Source: a virus. From it: a stretch of 64,000 nt of DNA. Made by a program: the position numbers and the translations under genes. Below are positions 30,255 through 39,041 of this stretch, one piece after another. The stretch is from positions 32,001-96,000 of the IMG/VR virus record IMGVR_UViG_3300014613_000001. One strand, 5' to 3'. The notes below the pieces were generated by a model. The model was not told the DNA's origin and ran no database searches. It worked only from the letters and a program-made list of their open reading frames with translations. Position 1 is the stretch's first letter. Every line of letters starts with the position of its first letter.

Positions 30255-30745
30255 TCAACTTCTTCTCCTTCTCTGACGAGCTGGTAAAGATCGCTAACTC
30301 GCGTCTGATAGCAGAGGGTGAGAAGAAGCTGTTGCTGCACGCCGGGATACCACTCGTTGGGAGACTTCCAAAGGACCCAGAGAAAGCCAGGGAACGTCTG
30401 GGGATGCTCGTGGAGAGTGAGAAGGCTCACCCGGTTTTGGGGTACAAGAACGTGGCGGTCCGCGAGTCAGCCATGCCAGATCTGGCCGCGATGGGGTTCA
30501 AGCCCACCAGGATTGCTACCCCGCTGCCCGGGGAGAAGGCGTTCACGACATCATGGCGTTCCGGGACGCTGCATACGCACAAGCTCGGTCCGCTCTACAT
30601 GGTGCACAAGGATAAAGCTGCTCCGAACGCGGGTCGATTTGGATACTTCAGTGTCGCTGGGGTCAAACACGGGATCACTGAGGGCATACCGTCTCTCGTC
30701 AAACGTCTTCGCGAGAAGGAGCTGCTTGTGAAGGAGTTTCTATGA
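30251..30745 (+). CDS. Hypothetical protein with N-terminal FSDELxKIA motif
   Basis: MINFFSFSDELVKIANS; overlap-coupled. Confidence 0.7.
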   Translation: MINFFSFSDELVKIANSRLIAEGEKKLLLHAGIPLVGRLPKDPEKARERLGMLVESEKAHPVLGYKNVAVRESAMPDLAAMGFKPTRIATPLPGEKAFTTSWRSGTLHTHKLGPLYMVHKDKAAPNAGRFGYFSVAGVKHGITEGIPSLVKRLREKELLVKEFL

Positions 30746-31074
30746 AGGCGTTGAAGAGAGCGTGGGAGTGGTTCAAGAGGAACTGGAAGTGGGTGGTCTT
30801 TCCCGTGGGTCTGCTGTCCACTATCATTACCATATTGGCGGCGGCCTGGGGTGCAGAACGTCATGTAACGCCAACACCTGATCTCGATGAGGAAGCTCGA
30901 AAGGCTCTTACACGGTTGAGGCAAGCTGAGCTGGATCGGGATGTGAAGGTCGCTGAGCTTGAGATCGCGCACAAGGAGCGGCTGGAGACGTTGTCCGAGG
31001 ATCAGAAAGAAGAGCTCAAGGAGCTCAAGGACAAACCGCTCGAGGAGGTCGTAGCGTGGTTCGATCAATTGTAA
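30742..31074 (+). CDS. N-terminally anchored coiled-coil protein (spanin-like)
   Basis: TM segment WVVFPVGLLSTIITILAAAW followed by charged heptads. Confidence 0.45.
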   Translation: MKALKRAWEWFKRNWKWVVFPVGLLSTIITILAAAWGAERHVTPTPDLDEEARKALTRLRQAELDRDVKVAELEIAHKERLETLSEDQKEELKELKDKPLEEVVAWFDQL

Positions 31075-31256
31075 ACTTCGGGTCATTCAGCGATGAGCTC
31101 CAGAAGATCGCTGCGATGCGCTACAGCTCCAAGCCCGCCATTAGCTTTCGGAAGGTGGGCTTGAAGGGTATCTGGGAGGCTCTGACGAAGGGCGATCCCA
31201 TCACAAAGAAGAAGGGCGTTTCCCGTATGATGGGCGGCGCGGGGTTCGGGGGATAG
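31056..31256 (+). CDS. Small basic protein with FSDELxKIA motif
   Basis: VNFGSFSDELQKIAAM closely matches the N-terminus of 30251; exact start uncertain. Confidence 0.55.
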   Translation: MVRSIVNFGSFSDELQKIAAMRYSSKPAISFRKVGLKGIWEALTKGDPITKKKGVSRMMGGAGFGG

Positions 31257-31292
31257 CCCCCATAAGCTCGGCAAGAGCAGGGAGATTCAGAA

Positions 31293-33422
31293 ATGGCATC
31301 AGACACTTTTTTCGCTCCGTATGAGCAAGCGAAGAATGCTCACCTGATCAGGCCGACGGGCGGGCTGAAGGGTGAGATTTTCGATCTCCGAGAGGATGTC
31401 TCGGACGGGTTTGCGCGCGTGGATGCCGTCGTCGGCGCTCGATCGCAGAAGAACCCCGTGCGTATGGCGACAGCCGCCGCACTGGGTGCCTACGTCCAGG
31501 CAGGAACAGGTCCCGGGGCGACGCTGACTCAGGTGGCCGCGGCCGTCGAGGCTATCGACGGGGTAACTCCTGTCGTCGGTGATCGAGTCCTGGTCAAGGA
31601 TGGGTCCGCCGGTGAGGACAACGGTATCTACACCGTGACCGTGGTTGGTACGGGTGTGATCAAGCAGGTGCTCACTCGAGCTGTGGACTTTGACGACGCC
31701 GCTGATGTGGTGAGCGGTGCCATCATCCCCGTGACCGAGGGCACGGCGCACGACAACACGATCTGGATGCTCACCACCAACAACCCGATCACGTTGGACA
31801 CCACCCCGCTCCTCTTCCAGGAGGTGCTGACAGACCTGGTTCCGACCAAGGATCCGGTTCGGTTGGCCACGGCTGCCGCGCTGGGTGCTTGTACCGCGGC
31901 GGGGACGGGTCCCGGCAAGACCCTGACTCAGGATGTGGCCGCCATCGAGAACATCGACGGTGTCGCACCTGTGGCCGGCGATCGTGTCTTGATCAAGGAT
32001 CAAGCTGCGCAGGATGACAACGGCATCTACGTCGTGACCACGGTGGGCACCGGTGTCATCTTCCAGGTTCTGACCCGGGCCACCGACTTCGACGACGATG
32101 CGGATGTGGTCTCCAACGTCACCTGCCGTGTCGAAGAGGGTGCCACCAACGCTCTCACCATGTGGTATCTCTCGACGGTCAACCCGATCGTCGTGGATAC
32201 CACCAACCTGGTCTTCCTGAGCTCCCACGCTGCCGATCATATCGATGGAGCCCGGGACGCGATCGACGGTGACAACCTCGGCATCACCTGGGTTCCGGCC
32301 ACCTACGCTCGTAACGCAGCTCCTGCTGAAGCAGCCAACGTCACTTCGTTGACCGCGCACCTTCGGGGTGTCGATGATCTGCTGACAACTCATGCGGCGA
32401 CTCTCGCTGCTCGAGATCGGAAGGACAACGTCCGGTTGGCCACAGCCGCGGCCCTGGGCGCCTGTACCCCCACCGGCACCGGAGTCGGCAAGATCCTGAC
32501 TCAAGATGCCGGAGCCGTTGAGGATATCGACGGCGTGGCGCTGGTGGTTGGCGACCGTATCTTGGTCAAAGATCAGGCGGCTCAGGATGACAACGGCATC
32601 TACACGGTCACGGTCGTGGGTGATGCCACTCCCACTCAGCAGGTTCTGACCCGCGCAGTCGACGCCGACACGGATGCGAAGGTCACCGCGGGGATGTTCA
32701 CCAGGGTCGAAGAGGGTACGGCCAACGCTGGTACCATCTGGTACCTCACCACGGTCAACCCGATCGTGTTGGATACGACCAACCTGGTTTTCTCCAACAT
32801 CCCCAACCTGCACATGGCCACGCACCTTCCCGGTGGTGGCGATGCTCTGACCACGGCGGCCCCGGTCGATATCAGCGGAGCCAACGCCGAGGGTGCCGCG
32901 GCCAGCTTCTCCCGGTCGAACCACGTCCATAAGCTGGCGCTCCTGAACTCCCACCTGGCTCACCAGATGATCGCGCCTTTCGGCGGCGTAGCGGCAGCGG
33001 CGGGCGCGATCAACGCGCGTCGGACCTTCGACTTCGATGATGGTCTCGGCGCCCCCGACGAGCAGATCTGCTGCGAAGGGATCATGCCAGAGCACTACAG
33101 CGGTGGGGACATCACCGTTGTGCTGACCTGGTATGGAACGGATGTGGCTCTCGGAGACGTCAAGTGGGATGTCTCCTGGGAGCGCATCGAGGCTGGGGTC
33201 CTGCTTCTCACTGGTGACAGCTTCGCCGGCGTGCAGACCTCGACTGTGACCCAGACGGCGATCAACGTGGCCCTGGAGACGCCGATCGTCTTCACGCAGG
33301 CTCAGGCTGACGGCATCGTCCCCGGCGACGCGTACCGGATTCTGATCATGCGTGATTCCAACGACGCCGGCGACACTTGCGTGGGCGATGTCGGTCTCCT
33401 TGCGGTCCACGTCTACCAGTAG
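31293..33422 (+). CDS. Fibre/decoration protein with three ~125-aa internal repeats
   Basis: K(N/D)(P/N)VR(M/L)ATAAALGA..GDR(V/I)L(V/I)KD..NGIY.VT..LTRA.D repeated at about 31449, 31848 and 32421. Confidence 0.75.
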   Translation: MASDTFFAPYEQAKNAHLIRPTGGLKGEIFDLREDVSDGFARVDAVVGARSQKNPVRMATAAALGAYVQAGTGPGATLTQVAAAVEAIDGVTPVVGDRVLVKDGSAGEDNGIYTVTVVGTGVIKQVLTRAVDFDDAADVVSGAIIPVTEGTAHDNTIWMLTTNNPITLDTTPLLFQEVLTDLVPTKDPVRLATAAALGACTAAGTGPGKTLTQDVAAIENIDGVAPVAGDRVLIKDQAAQDDNGIYVVTTVGTGVIFQVLTRATDFDDDADVVSNVTCRVEEGATNALTMWYLSTVNPIVVDTTNLVFLSSHAADHIDGARDAIDGDNLGITWVPATYARNAAPAEAANVTSLTAHLRGVDDLLTTHAATLAARDRKDNVRLATAAALGACTPTGTGVGKILTQDAGAVEDIDGVALVVGDRILVKDQAAQDDNGIYTVTVVGDATPTQQVLTRAVDADTDAKVTAGMFTRVEEGTANAGTIWYLTTVNPIVLDTTNLVFSNIPNLHMATHLPGGGDALTTAAPVDISGANAEGAAASFSRSNHVHKLALLNSHLAHQMIAPFGGVAAAAGAINARRTFDFDDGLGAPDEQICCEGIMPEHYSGGDITVVLTWYGTDVALGDVKWDVSWERIEAGVLLLTGDSFAGVQTSTVTQTAINVALETPIVFTQAQADGIVPGDAYRILIMRDSNDAGDTCVGDVGLLAVHVYQ
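31449..32795 (+). repeat. Three coding repeats within the fibre gene
   Basis: Unit starts are 399 and 573 nt apart and are similar at both DNA and protein level. Confidence 0.85.
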
Positions 33423-33437
33423 GACTGAGGTTCCACC

Positions 33438-33897
33438 ATGATCGTTCACGACCAGCCTGTCGATCACGAAGACAGCGGAAGATCTCGCCTTGGCGGGTTC
33501 TTCACGCGTCTGATCAATAAGACCGGAGCCCCCTCGGTTATCGGTACGGTCGTCCGAGCATCCAAACTGCACGCTGAAGCGTTTGAGCTCGCCGGTGCCC
33601 AAGAGTATGACATGATCGGCATCGTTGCGGAGCTCGGCAAGAAGGACGGTGAGATGTGTTCGGTGTGCGTGTCGGGCAAGGTCTACGTCCTGCTGAAGGA
33701 TGGCACTGGCGACGATGGGGAACTGGGTGCGCACCTCCAACAGCGTGGCAGCTCGAGCAGATGCTACGTCAGCCGGTGTTCCTCATGCCCACCGCAACTT
33801 TGCGCAGGTCGAGACACTGCAAGAACTCGGGTACGCACTGGAGACAGTGGCGCCTGGTGTAAATGTCGTCTGCAAGATTCTGATGCCCGGTAAATGA
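33438..33897 (+). pseudogene. Virion cement-like protein gene apparently split by a 1-nt insertion near 33708
   Basis: ORF 33438 reads VYVLLKDGT and then loses a protein-like pattern; the shifted frame continues ATMGNWVRTS..RADAT..GYALETV. Removing one G joins them. Confidence 0.5.
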
Positions 33898-33919
33898 CCA
33901 GGGGTGCTATCCTCGGTCT

Positions 33920-34438
33920 ATGATCCCACGTCTCTTGATCCTCATCCTGCTCTTTCTGCCTCAGACAGCCTCAGGCGAGTGTGCGCGCCAGGACTACGAC
34001 TCCAAGCAAGCTCCGGACTTCGACTGTCCTGGGCCGGAAGAGGAGGTGCTGACGCCAGATCTGCAGGCTCCACCGTCGATCCCTGTTCATCAGGATGAGG
34101 AGGTCGTGCCACAGTGGGATGGAGCTCTGGTGCACCGGGATCGTCTGGTGCTCATAGGATTGAAACTCCGGGCCGTACGCCAGATCCGCTGGGTTGAGCG
34201 GTTGAGGCTTTCTGAGCTCCATCAGATCGAGCTCGCCTATGTTCGAGAACAGAATGCCATCCGGGAAGAGCTGCTCGAGCGACAGGCTGTAGCTGCGAGG
34301 GAGAGAGCTCTTGCCGCCGAGTCGAGGACCGATCGGGCGCAGGCATGGTACCGATCTGTGTGGTTCGGTCTGATCTTGGGCTTTACGGCTGCGGCAGCCT
34401 TGGTCGTTGCTGCTGCGTACATTGTCACAGCGATTTGA
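33920..34438 (+). CDS. Secreted coiled-coil protein with C-terminal TM anchor (possibly spanin-like)
   Basis: N-terminal signal-like LLILILLFL; C-terminal VWFGLILGFTAAAALVVAAAYIV. Confidence 0.5.
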   Translation: MIPRLLILILLFLPQTASGECARQDYDSKQAPDFDCPGPEEEVLTPDLQAPPSIPVHQDEEVVPQWDGALVHRDRLVLIGLKLRAVRQIRWVERLRLSELHQIELAYVREQNAIREELLERQAVAARERALAAESRTDRAQAWYRSVWFGLILGFTAAAALVVAAAYIVTAI

Positions 34439-34459
34439 TAGGTAGGCACGGCAGGTTTG

Positions 34460-34846
34460 TTAGATCTTTTCCTCTACCGTGGGGGGAATGGGCCTCAAGC
34501 GTTCAATGGTGTCTCCGTGATCATTGAGGATGAAGCCGCCGGTATTGAAGATGATGTTGTGCCATGAATTCTCACGTTCGAAGAAAACTCTGTGAGCGAT
34601 GAGTGTTGATTCTTCGACCTTGACCCCTGGCCCATAGTTCTCGTGCAGACTTTTCCAGCTTGGGTTACCCATGGGCGTGGCCCGTGGAGCGTGCGCACGG
34701 CCAGACTTGTCGATCTTTTCATAGGTCTCGTATGGCGGCTCGTCACCTCCGGGGTGGAAGGTCACCCTTGCCTCTCCGAAGTCGAGGTGTTGGATGTTGT
34801 CCCAGAGATGCCATGTGCCGGATTCGTCTTGAACTTTCAGAATCAT
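34460..34846 (-). CDS. Hypothetical protein flanked by 12-bp inverted repeats
   Basis: 128 aa; C-terminal FILNDHGDTIERL; AGGTAG-rich upstream region. Confidence 0.65.
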   Translation of the reverse strand: MILKVQDESGTWHLWDNIQHLDFGEARVTFHPGGDEPPYETYEKIDKSGRAHAPRATPMGNPSWKSLHENYGPGVKVEESTLIAHRVFFERENSWHNIIFNTGGFILNDHGDTIERLRPIPPTVEEKI

Positions 34847-35014
34847 GTCTACCTACCTTTCTACCTACCGTGCCTACCTGTTTTGCAGTATACTTGATCA
34901 GCAGTGTGATAGACAGCTAAGATTTGGTGCCCGGGGTGTTGGGCCAAAAGACGAGGCCGGGAGAGGTTGATTCCTCTTCCGGCCTCGCCGTTTGGATGAG
35001 TCGAGGCGTTGGCG

Positions 35015-35146
35015 TCTGGGATCACTAAACCTCCCAGCTGGTGTTGTCGTCAGGATCGGCGTGTGGTCTGGGATCGCTAAACCTCCCAGCAGGTGTTGTC
35101 GCAGGATCTCAGAGTCTGAGATCAGTAAGCCTCTCAGCTGGCATTG
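35015..35146. repeat. Three direct repeats, each containing a hairpin CTGRGA-N10-TCYCAG
   Basis: Units start at 35015, 35067 and 35115; the third has compensatory changes (CTGAGA/TCTCAG). Confidence 0.8.
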
Positions 35147-35274
35147 ATAGGAGGTCGATGGCTGTACGGCATCTTCTCCCCTTCTTATCGTGTCGACGGC
35201 GCAGATGAAAGGAGCAAAATTCTCGCCGCGAAAAGGGAGCTGATGCCGTACAGACATCTTCCTCGTTCAGATCA

Positions 35275-35282
35275 CTTATACC
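35275..35282 (-). promoter_or_regulatory. Candidate promoter motif GGTATAAG
   Basis: Same 8-mer at 54049-54056 and 59682-59689; all are intergenic and on the - strand. Confidence 0.45.
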
Positions 35283-35479
35283 ACAGATTCTATGAATTTA
35301 GCGATCTCTGCAGCAGACATGAGGAGGGTGTGCCGATTTTTGATCGGGTCAGGCGTGACCAAGAGTCCTGCCTCGGTGCATAGGTCAGAGATCAACTTGT
35401 CGTCGAGGCCCTCGAGTTGGACCTTGAGCACTTGATCCAGTACCCCTATGCGCCGAACCCGCGGCGCGCTCTCGTTGGT

Positions 35480-36190
35480 TCACTTCGAACTCTTCGCGAC
35501 ATCGGGCCTGGCGAGTTTCTTGGCGATGGCCAGGATCTTCATGAACCCGGGAATCGGTGTCGTCTCGAAGAGGACGGCCCAGGCGCGTATCGCTGTCTCC
35601 TTGTGTTCCACGACGATGGCTTTGATGTCCTTGAGCTCGTCGTGGACGTCGAGGAGGAGACCAGCGACTTCAGTCATGAGATCGACAAGGCGGTCGATCT
35701 TCTCCTCGGCGCTGGAGATCTCGTCGCTCGAGGTCGGAGGGTCGCGGAACTGCATGCCGTCGGAGCGGTCTTCGGGCTCGAGATCGTGGCTGCTGAGAAT
35801 GTCCTCGAGACCCAGCTCTCTGGCAAGATCTTCGGTCTCGTCCCCATCCGTTTCCACTTCTGGCTCCGGATCTGGTTCTGGATCAGGCTCCGGATCGGGA
35901 TCGGGCTTGACCTTGTTTCGGTCGTTTTTCTTCGGGCGTGATCGCTTCTTGGTGGTCTCAGGAGCTTCGTCTGGGTTGACGGGAGCTCCGGCCGGCCGCC
36001 ATCCTGCGTCGTACTTCTCGAGGATGAGCTCGATCATCTTCTCGGGGCCGTCGACCTCGGCGGCTCGCATCACGGATACGTCGACCCCAGCCTTGGTGGT
36101 TCCTATCCAGGCGAGTCTTCTGGTACTCGAGGTGAGAAGCTGTTGTTTGTACACTTCACGCTCGACCTGATCATCAGTCTTTGTAGCCAT
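35480..36190 (-). CDS. Acidic hypothetical protein with (DPEP)n linker
   Basis: 236 aa; tandem PDPDPEPDPEPDPEPE at about 35860-35910. Confidence 0.7.
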   Translation of the reverse strand: MATKTDDQVEREVYKQQLLTSSTRRLAWIGTTKAGVDVSVMRAAEVDGPEKMIELILEKYDAGWRPAGAPVNPDEAPETTKKRSRPKKNDRNKVKPDPDPEPDPEPDPEPEVETDGDETEDLARELGLEDILSSHDLEPEDRSDGMQFRDPPTSSDEISSAEEKIDRLVDLMTEVAGLLLDVHDELKDIKAIVVEHKETAIRAWAVLFETTPIPGFMKILAIAKKLARPDVAKSSK

Positions 36191-36584
36191 CTTCTCTTAC
36201 TGCCTTTCCTACGATGGAGTTGTTGTTGTAACAACATAGTACTTCTGAGTCATGCTTGTTGTGACACTGGCAGTCACAACCCGCAAGTAGTTGGTCTCTA
36301 ATTGTGTGCCTGCGCGTTTCTATAAACCAGAGTAGTCGTCTTCGCAGGTAGTCGAGTGGGTGCCAGACATCAGGCGTTTCGCCCCGGATGTCGCTCTGAA
36401 GAAGGTCTACGAGTTCGTTGTAATCCTGCCCCCTGTGCGCTCTGACGCCACGAAGGTTGAGAATCTCGACGAGCTCTGAGGAGTTCATCAGTAGTAGATC
36501 TTCGTCATAGATCGGAAGCGTACGGTTACGTATTTGCTCGTCCCAGTCGACCTTGTTCCAGCCCCAGCGTTTTCGGTTGCCCAT
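36174..36584 (-). CDS. Hypothetical protein with Cys/His cluster
   Basis: CDCQCHNKH..CC near the C-terminus. Confidence 0.6.
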   Translation of the reverse strand: MGNRKRWGWNKVDWDEQIRNRTLPIYDEDLLLMNSSELVEILNLRGVRAHRGQDYNELVDLLQSDIRGETPDVWHPLDYLRRRLLWFIETRRHTIRDQLLAGCDCQCHNKHDSEVLCCYNNNSIVGKAVREDGYKD

Positions 36585-36591
36585 GCTGTCC

Positions 36592-37011
36592 TCAGAATGC
36601 GCATTCCATGATCCGGACTTCGATTCGTGGATTATCGGGGTCGCACAGCTTGGTCACTAGCTTCTCCATGATATGGCTGTCGTCGACGCCGATTGCACCC
36701 ATGAATGAGTCGATGGTCAGCTTTTCTCTGTTTTGTGCATCAACCTTCTTGAACCTCCTTTTCGTCTTCGTGGTCTCGTTGGGGTTCCAACTCTTGTTCT
36801 CTATGGCGGTGAAGAACACTGCGAGCTCAATTCGGTAGGCTACGTCTTGACGGAAGTGTAGGCCAGATTGCCTCAACGCGGCGGTGCTGACAATGTCACT
36901 CACCTTTTTTTGAAACTGGCTCGCTTCCTTCGACAGCTTCCGCACTCCGTTACTGAGCGTAACATAGATCTTGTTGTCGGAGGGTGCCATGGGTAGGTCA
37001 ACTGTGAACAT
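36592..37011 (-). CDS. rusA: RusA-family Holliday junction resolvase
   Basis: LPMAPSDN..; KKVDAQNREK..IDS..GVDDS (D-x-x-N-x-x-K..D..DD); C-terminal PRIEVRI. Confidence 0.8.
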   Translation of the reverse strand: MFTVDLPMAPSDNKIYVTLSNGVRKLSKEASQFQKKVSDIVSTAALRQSGLHFRQDVAYRIELAVFFTAIENKSWNPNETTKTKRRFKKVDAQNREKLTIDSFMGAIGVDDSHIMEKLVTKLCDPDNPRIEVRIMECAF

Positions 37012-37014
37012 TCT

Positions 37015-37653
37015 TTATCTTCCCCGCTCTCTTCTATCGCGGAATTCAGGGGGGTCGCTGTCTCGGAATTCGGGGGCTCCTCGACCCTTTCTCATGTTCT
37101 GGACGTTATGGGTTCGCCGAACACCGTCGATTTCTCGTGTACGGATTTCGATGTATCTCGAGACCACCTTTCGTTGATTGGTCAGCCCTTCGAGGGCTTG
37201 TTGAAGAGATCGTGCCGTCCCCTTCTGTACGAGGAACTCTTGGTGCGCTCGGACGTAGCGTGGATCTCCTTGGGCCTTGTCTGCTCTACCAGCAACGGGC
37301 CCTCCCGCTTCGTCTTTCAGTCGTGACATCAGGTGCTTGGATTCGGCTTCCATTGCCTGAGCTTGGGTCTCATGAAGAGCGAGCTGCTCCCCGATGAAGT
37401 CTTCCCACACAGAGAATTCACCCTGTATGTCGCCAAGCTCCGCGTCAGACATCTGGCTAACGGGTCCGCGGAGTCGTGGCCTTTCCATATTTGGTCGCCT
37501 CCTTGGGGTGATGCCGAGCTCCTGAAGATTGCGGACAACTTCGCTGCGGACAGAGCGGTAGAGGTCTCGGGCTCCTTCATAGTTTGTCAGGAGGGCGTCG
37601 AATCGGGCCAAGTTGACGCTGCTTCCGCGCCGTTCCTCGTCTTCTTCAGACAT
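37015..37653 (-). CDS. Coiled-coil protein, possibly UvsY-like recombination mediator
   Basis: Helical, with DPRY..R-rich C-terminus; located in the recombination cluster. Confidence 0.4.
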   Translation of the reverse strand: MSEEDEERRGSSVNLARFDALLTNYEGARDLYRSVRSEVVRNLQELGITPRRRPNMERPRLRGPVSQMSDAELGDIQGEFSVWEDFIGEQLALHETQAQAMEAESKHLMSRLKDEAGGPVAGRADKAQGDPRYVRAHQEFLVQKGTARSLQQALEGLTNQRKVVSRYIEIRTREIDGVRRTHNVQNMRKGRGAPEFRDSDPPEFRDRRERGR

Positions 37654-37654
37654 T

Positions 37655-38497
37655 TTACACCTTCAGTGCTCCGCGGCTATGCTGCCGCGGTTTGAGCGGA
37701 GGATCACATTCCTCAAAGAATTTACACCATCGGCATGACTTTCCAGGGCTACGCATCGGGATCTTGTACGTCTTCGCCACCTCGAGGATTTTTCTCAACC
37801 GTTGTTCGATCGGGGACCATGTGGCCTGACGGAATGGGACGAGGAAGTTCCTCATGAGCGAGGTGTCTTTGTTGTAGTACAGGATGCACGAGAGTGGAAC
37901 ATCAAGCGCCCACATGTAAGCCAGGGTCTGCTTGACGTAGGAGGAGTTGGGAGTTCGTCGGAGGGAGGAAAAGGCCGACGCCGACGCCGACTTGTAATCG
38001 AAGATCGCGCGAAGGTCGATTACAACCTTTTCTCCGTTGAACTGAAGACGGAGTAGCCGTTCGACATATCCGTCTGTACTTCCGCCAAGATGCAGATCTT
38101 GCGCGTGCTCGCTGTCCTTGGACACTGCGACCTCGTGGTCGTAGAAGAAGCCTTTCCGCTCGGCTAGTGTGTGTTGGTAGTACTGTAGCTGTTCATGGAT
38201 GACCGTCCCTGTGTCAAAGATCAACAGCTTCTGCGCGTTGAGCTTCTCCGTTTCGGGAGCCCCAACCAGTTCGTAGAAGAGAAATCGGTCGCAGGGGTTG
38301 GTCAGCGACGACGGGTGAAACACACAGCTCGTTCGCTGAACACCCCAATCGAGCACCGTTGTGTGGCGCATCGGGTTGTTTCCCAAGTGCCCGACGTGTT
38401 CCTCGATTTCGCTGCACACGTTCCAGCTCAGGAGGATGTCCAGTACACCTGGGTTTGCTTCCAGATCAGCCCGAGTTCGTAGCTTGATTTTTTTCAT
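37655..38497 (-). CDS. Cas4/RecB-like PD-(D/E)xK nuclease with Fe-S cysteines
   Basis: HPSS..PCDR, GTVIHE, GSTDG, FDYKS, QTLAYM, CRWCKFFEEC; GAGGGA RBS before ATG 38497. Confidence 0.8.
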   Translation of the reverse strand: MKKIKLRTRADLEANPGVLDILLSWNVCSEIEEHVGHLGNNPMRHTTVLDWGVQRTSCVFHPSSLTNPCDRFLFYELVGAPETEKLNAQKLLIFDTGTVIHEQLQYYQHTLAERKGFFYDHEVAVSKDSEHAQDLHLGGSTDGYVERLLRLQFNGEKVVIDLRAIFDYKSASASAFSSLRRTPNSSYVKQTLAYMWALDVPLSCILYYNKDTSLMRNFLVPFRQATWSPIEQRLRKILEVAKTYKIPMRSPGKSCRWCKFFEECDPPLKPRQHSRGALKV

Positions 38498-39041
38498 GTA
38501 CTCCCTCGATGAAGTCGCTCCACAGCATGACTGCGAGTTCGGTACCGTCGGATAGGCCAACCTTGATCACGGCTTTGCGCCCCGTCTGTGCTGCCTGGCC
38601 GACTGCTTTTCCAACCGTGGCTCGACTGAGCTTGTATTCCTTTCCTGTTGATCCTTTGTCCTCCACCATCCAGTGCTCGTCTCGAGCATCACCTTTTTCG
38701 GTCCCTGATCCAGAGCCTGGGGTTCGTTTTCCGCAGATCTGTTCTGCGGCAGTACGCTCCCGCTGTTGAGACACTCGTACCTTGCGGCGCCCGGCGCTGG
38801 AGGGTTCGACGTCGATGACATCTCGGATGCGGATGTCGGTTCGGAGCTCGACGTGTGGGTGACCAACGCTCGTATTTCCACGCATCAGGAAGAGACAGAA
38901 CAGACAGCCCACCGCAGTCTTGCGCCTTTTGTCATCCAGTCCGTTGACGGCGACTGTGAGGCTGTACACGTAGCCAGCTCGAGCGCAGACCGGACAGACG
39001 TCAACGGTCTGAACGACCAGGGCTACAGCTTGTGTAGGCAT
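38466..39041 (-). CDS. Zn-ribbon + Hjc-like PD-(D/E)xK endonuclease
   Basis: CPVC..CLFC; QRERTAA..RTPGSG..KGD..VEDK; GGAGG RBS before ATG 39041. Confidence 0.65.
   Translation of the reverse strand: MPTQAVALVVQTVDVCPVCARAGYVYSLTVAVNGLDDKRRKTAVGCLFCLFLMRGNTSVGHPHVELRTDIRIRDVIDVEPSSAGRRKVRVSQQRERTAAEQICGKRTPGSGSGTEKGDARDEHWMVEDKGSTGKEYKLSRATVGKAVGQAAQTGRKAVIKVGLSDGTELAVMLWSDFIEGVHEKNQATNSG

Noticed and set aside
31299-33740. 813-aa - strand ORF
   Set aside because: Antisense shadow of the GC3-biased fibre gene; no motifs.
34898-35257. 119-aa - strand ORF across the hairpin repeats
   Set aside because: It has a plausible RBS, but the repeat units fall in different frames (52-bp spacing), which favours a non-coding role. 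Not called as a CDS.
35860-35910. (DPEP)n tandem repeat
   Set aside because: Ordinary low-complexity linker.
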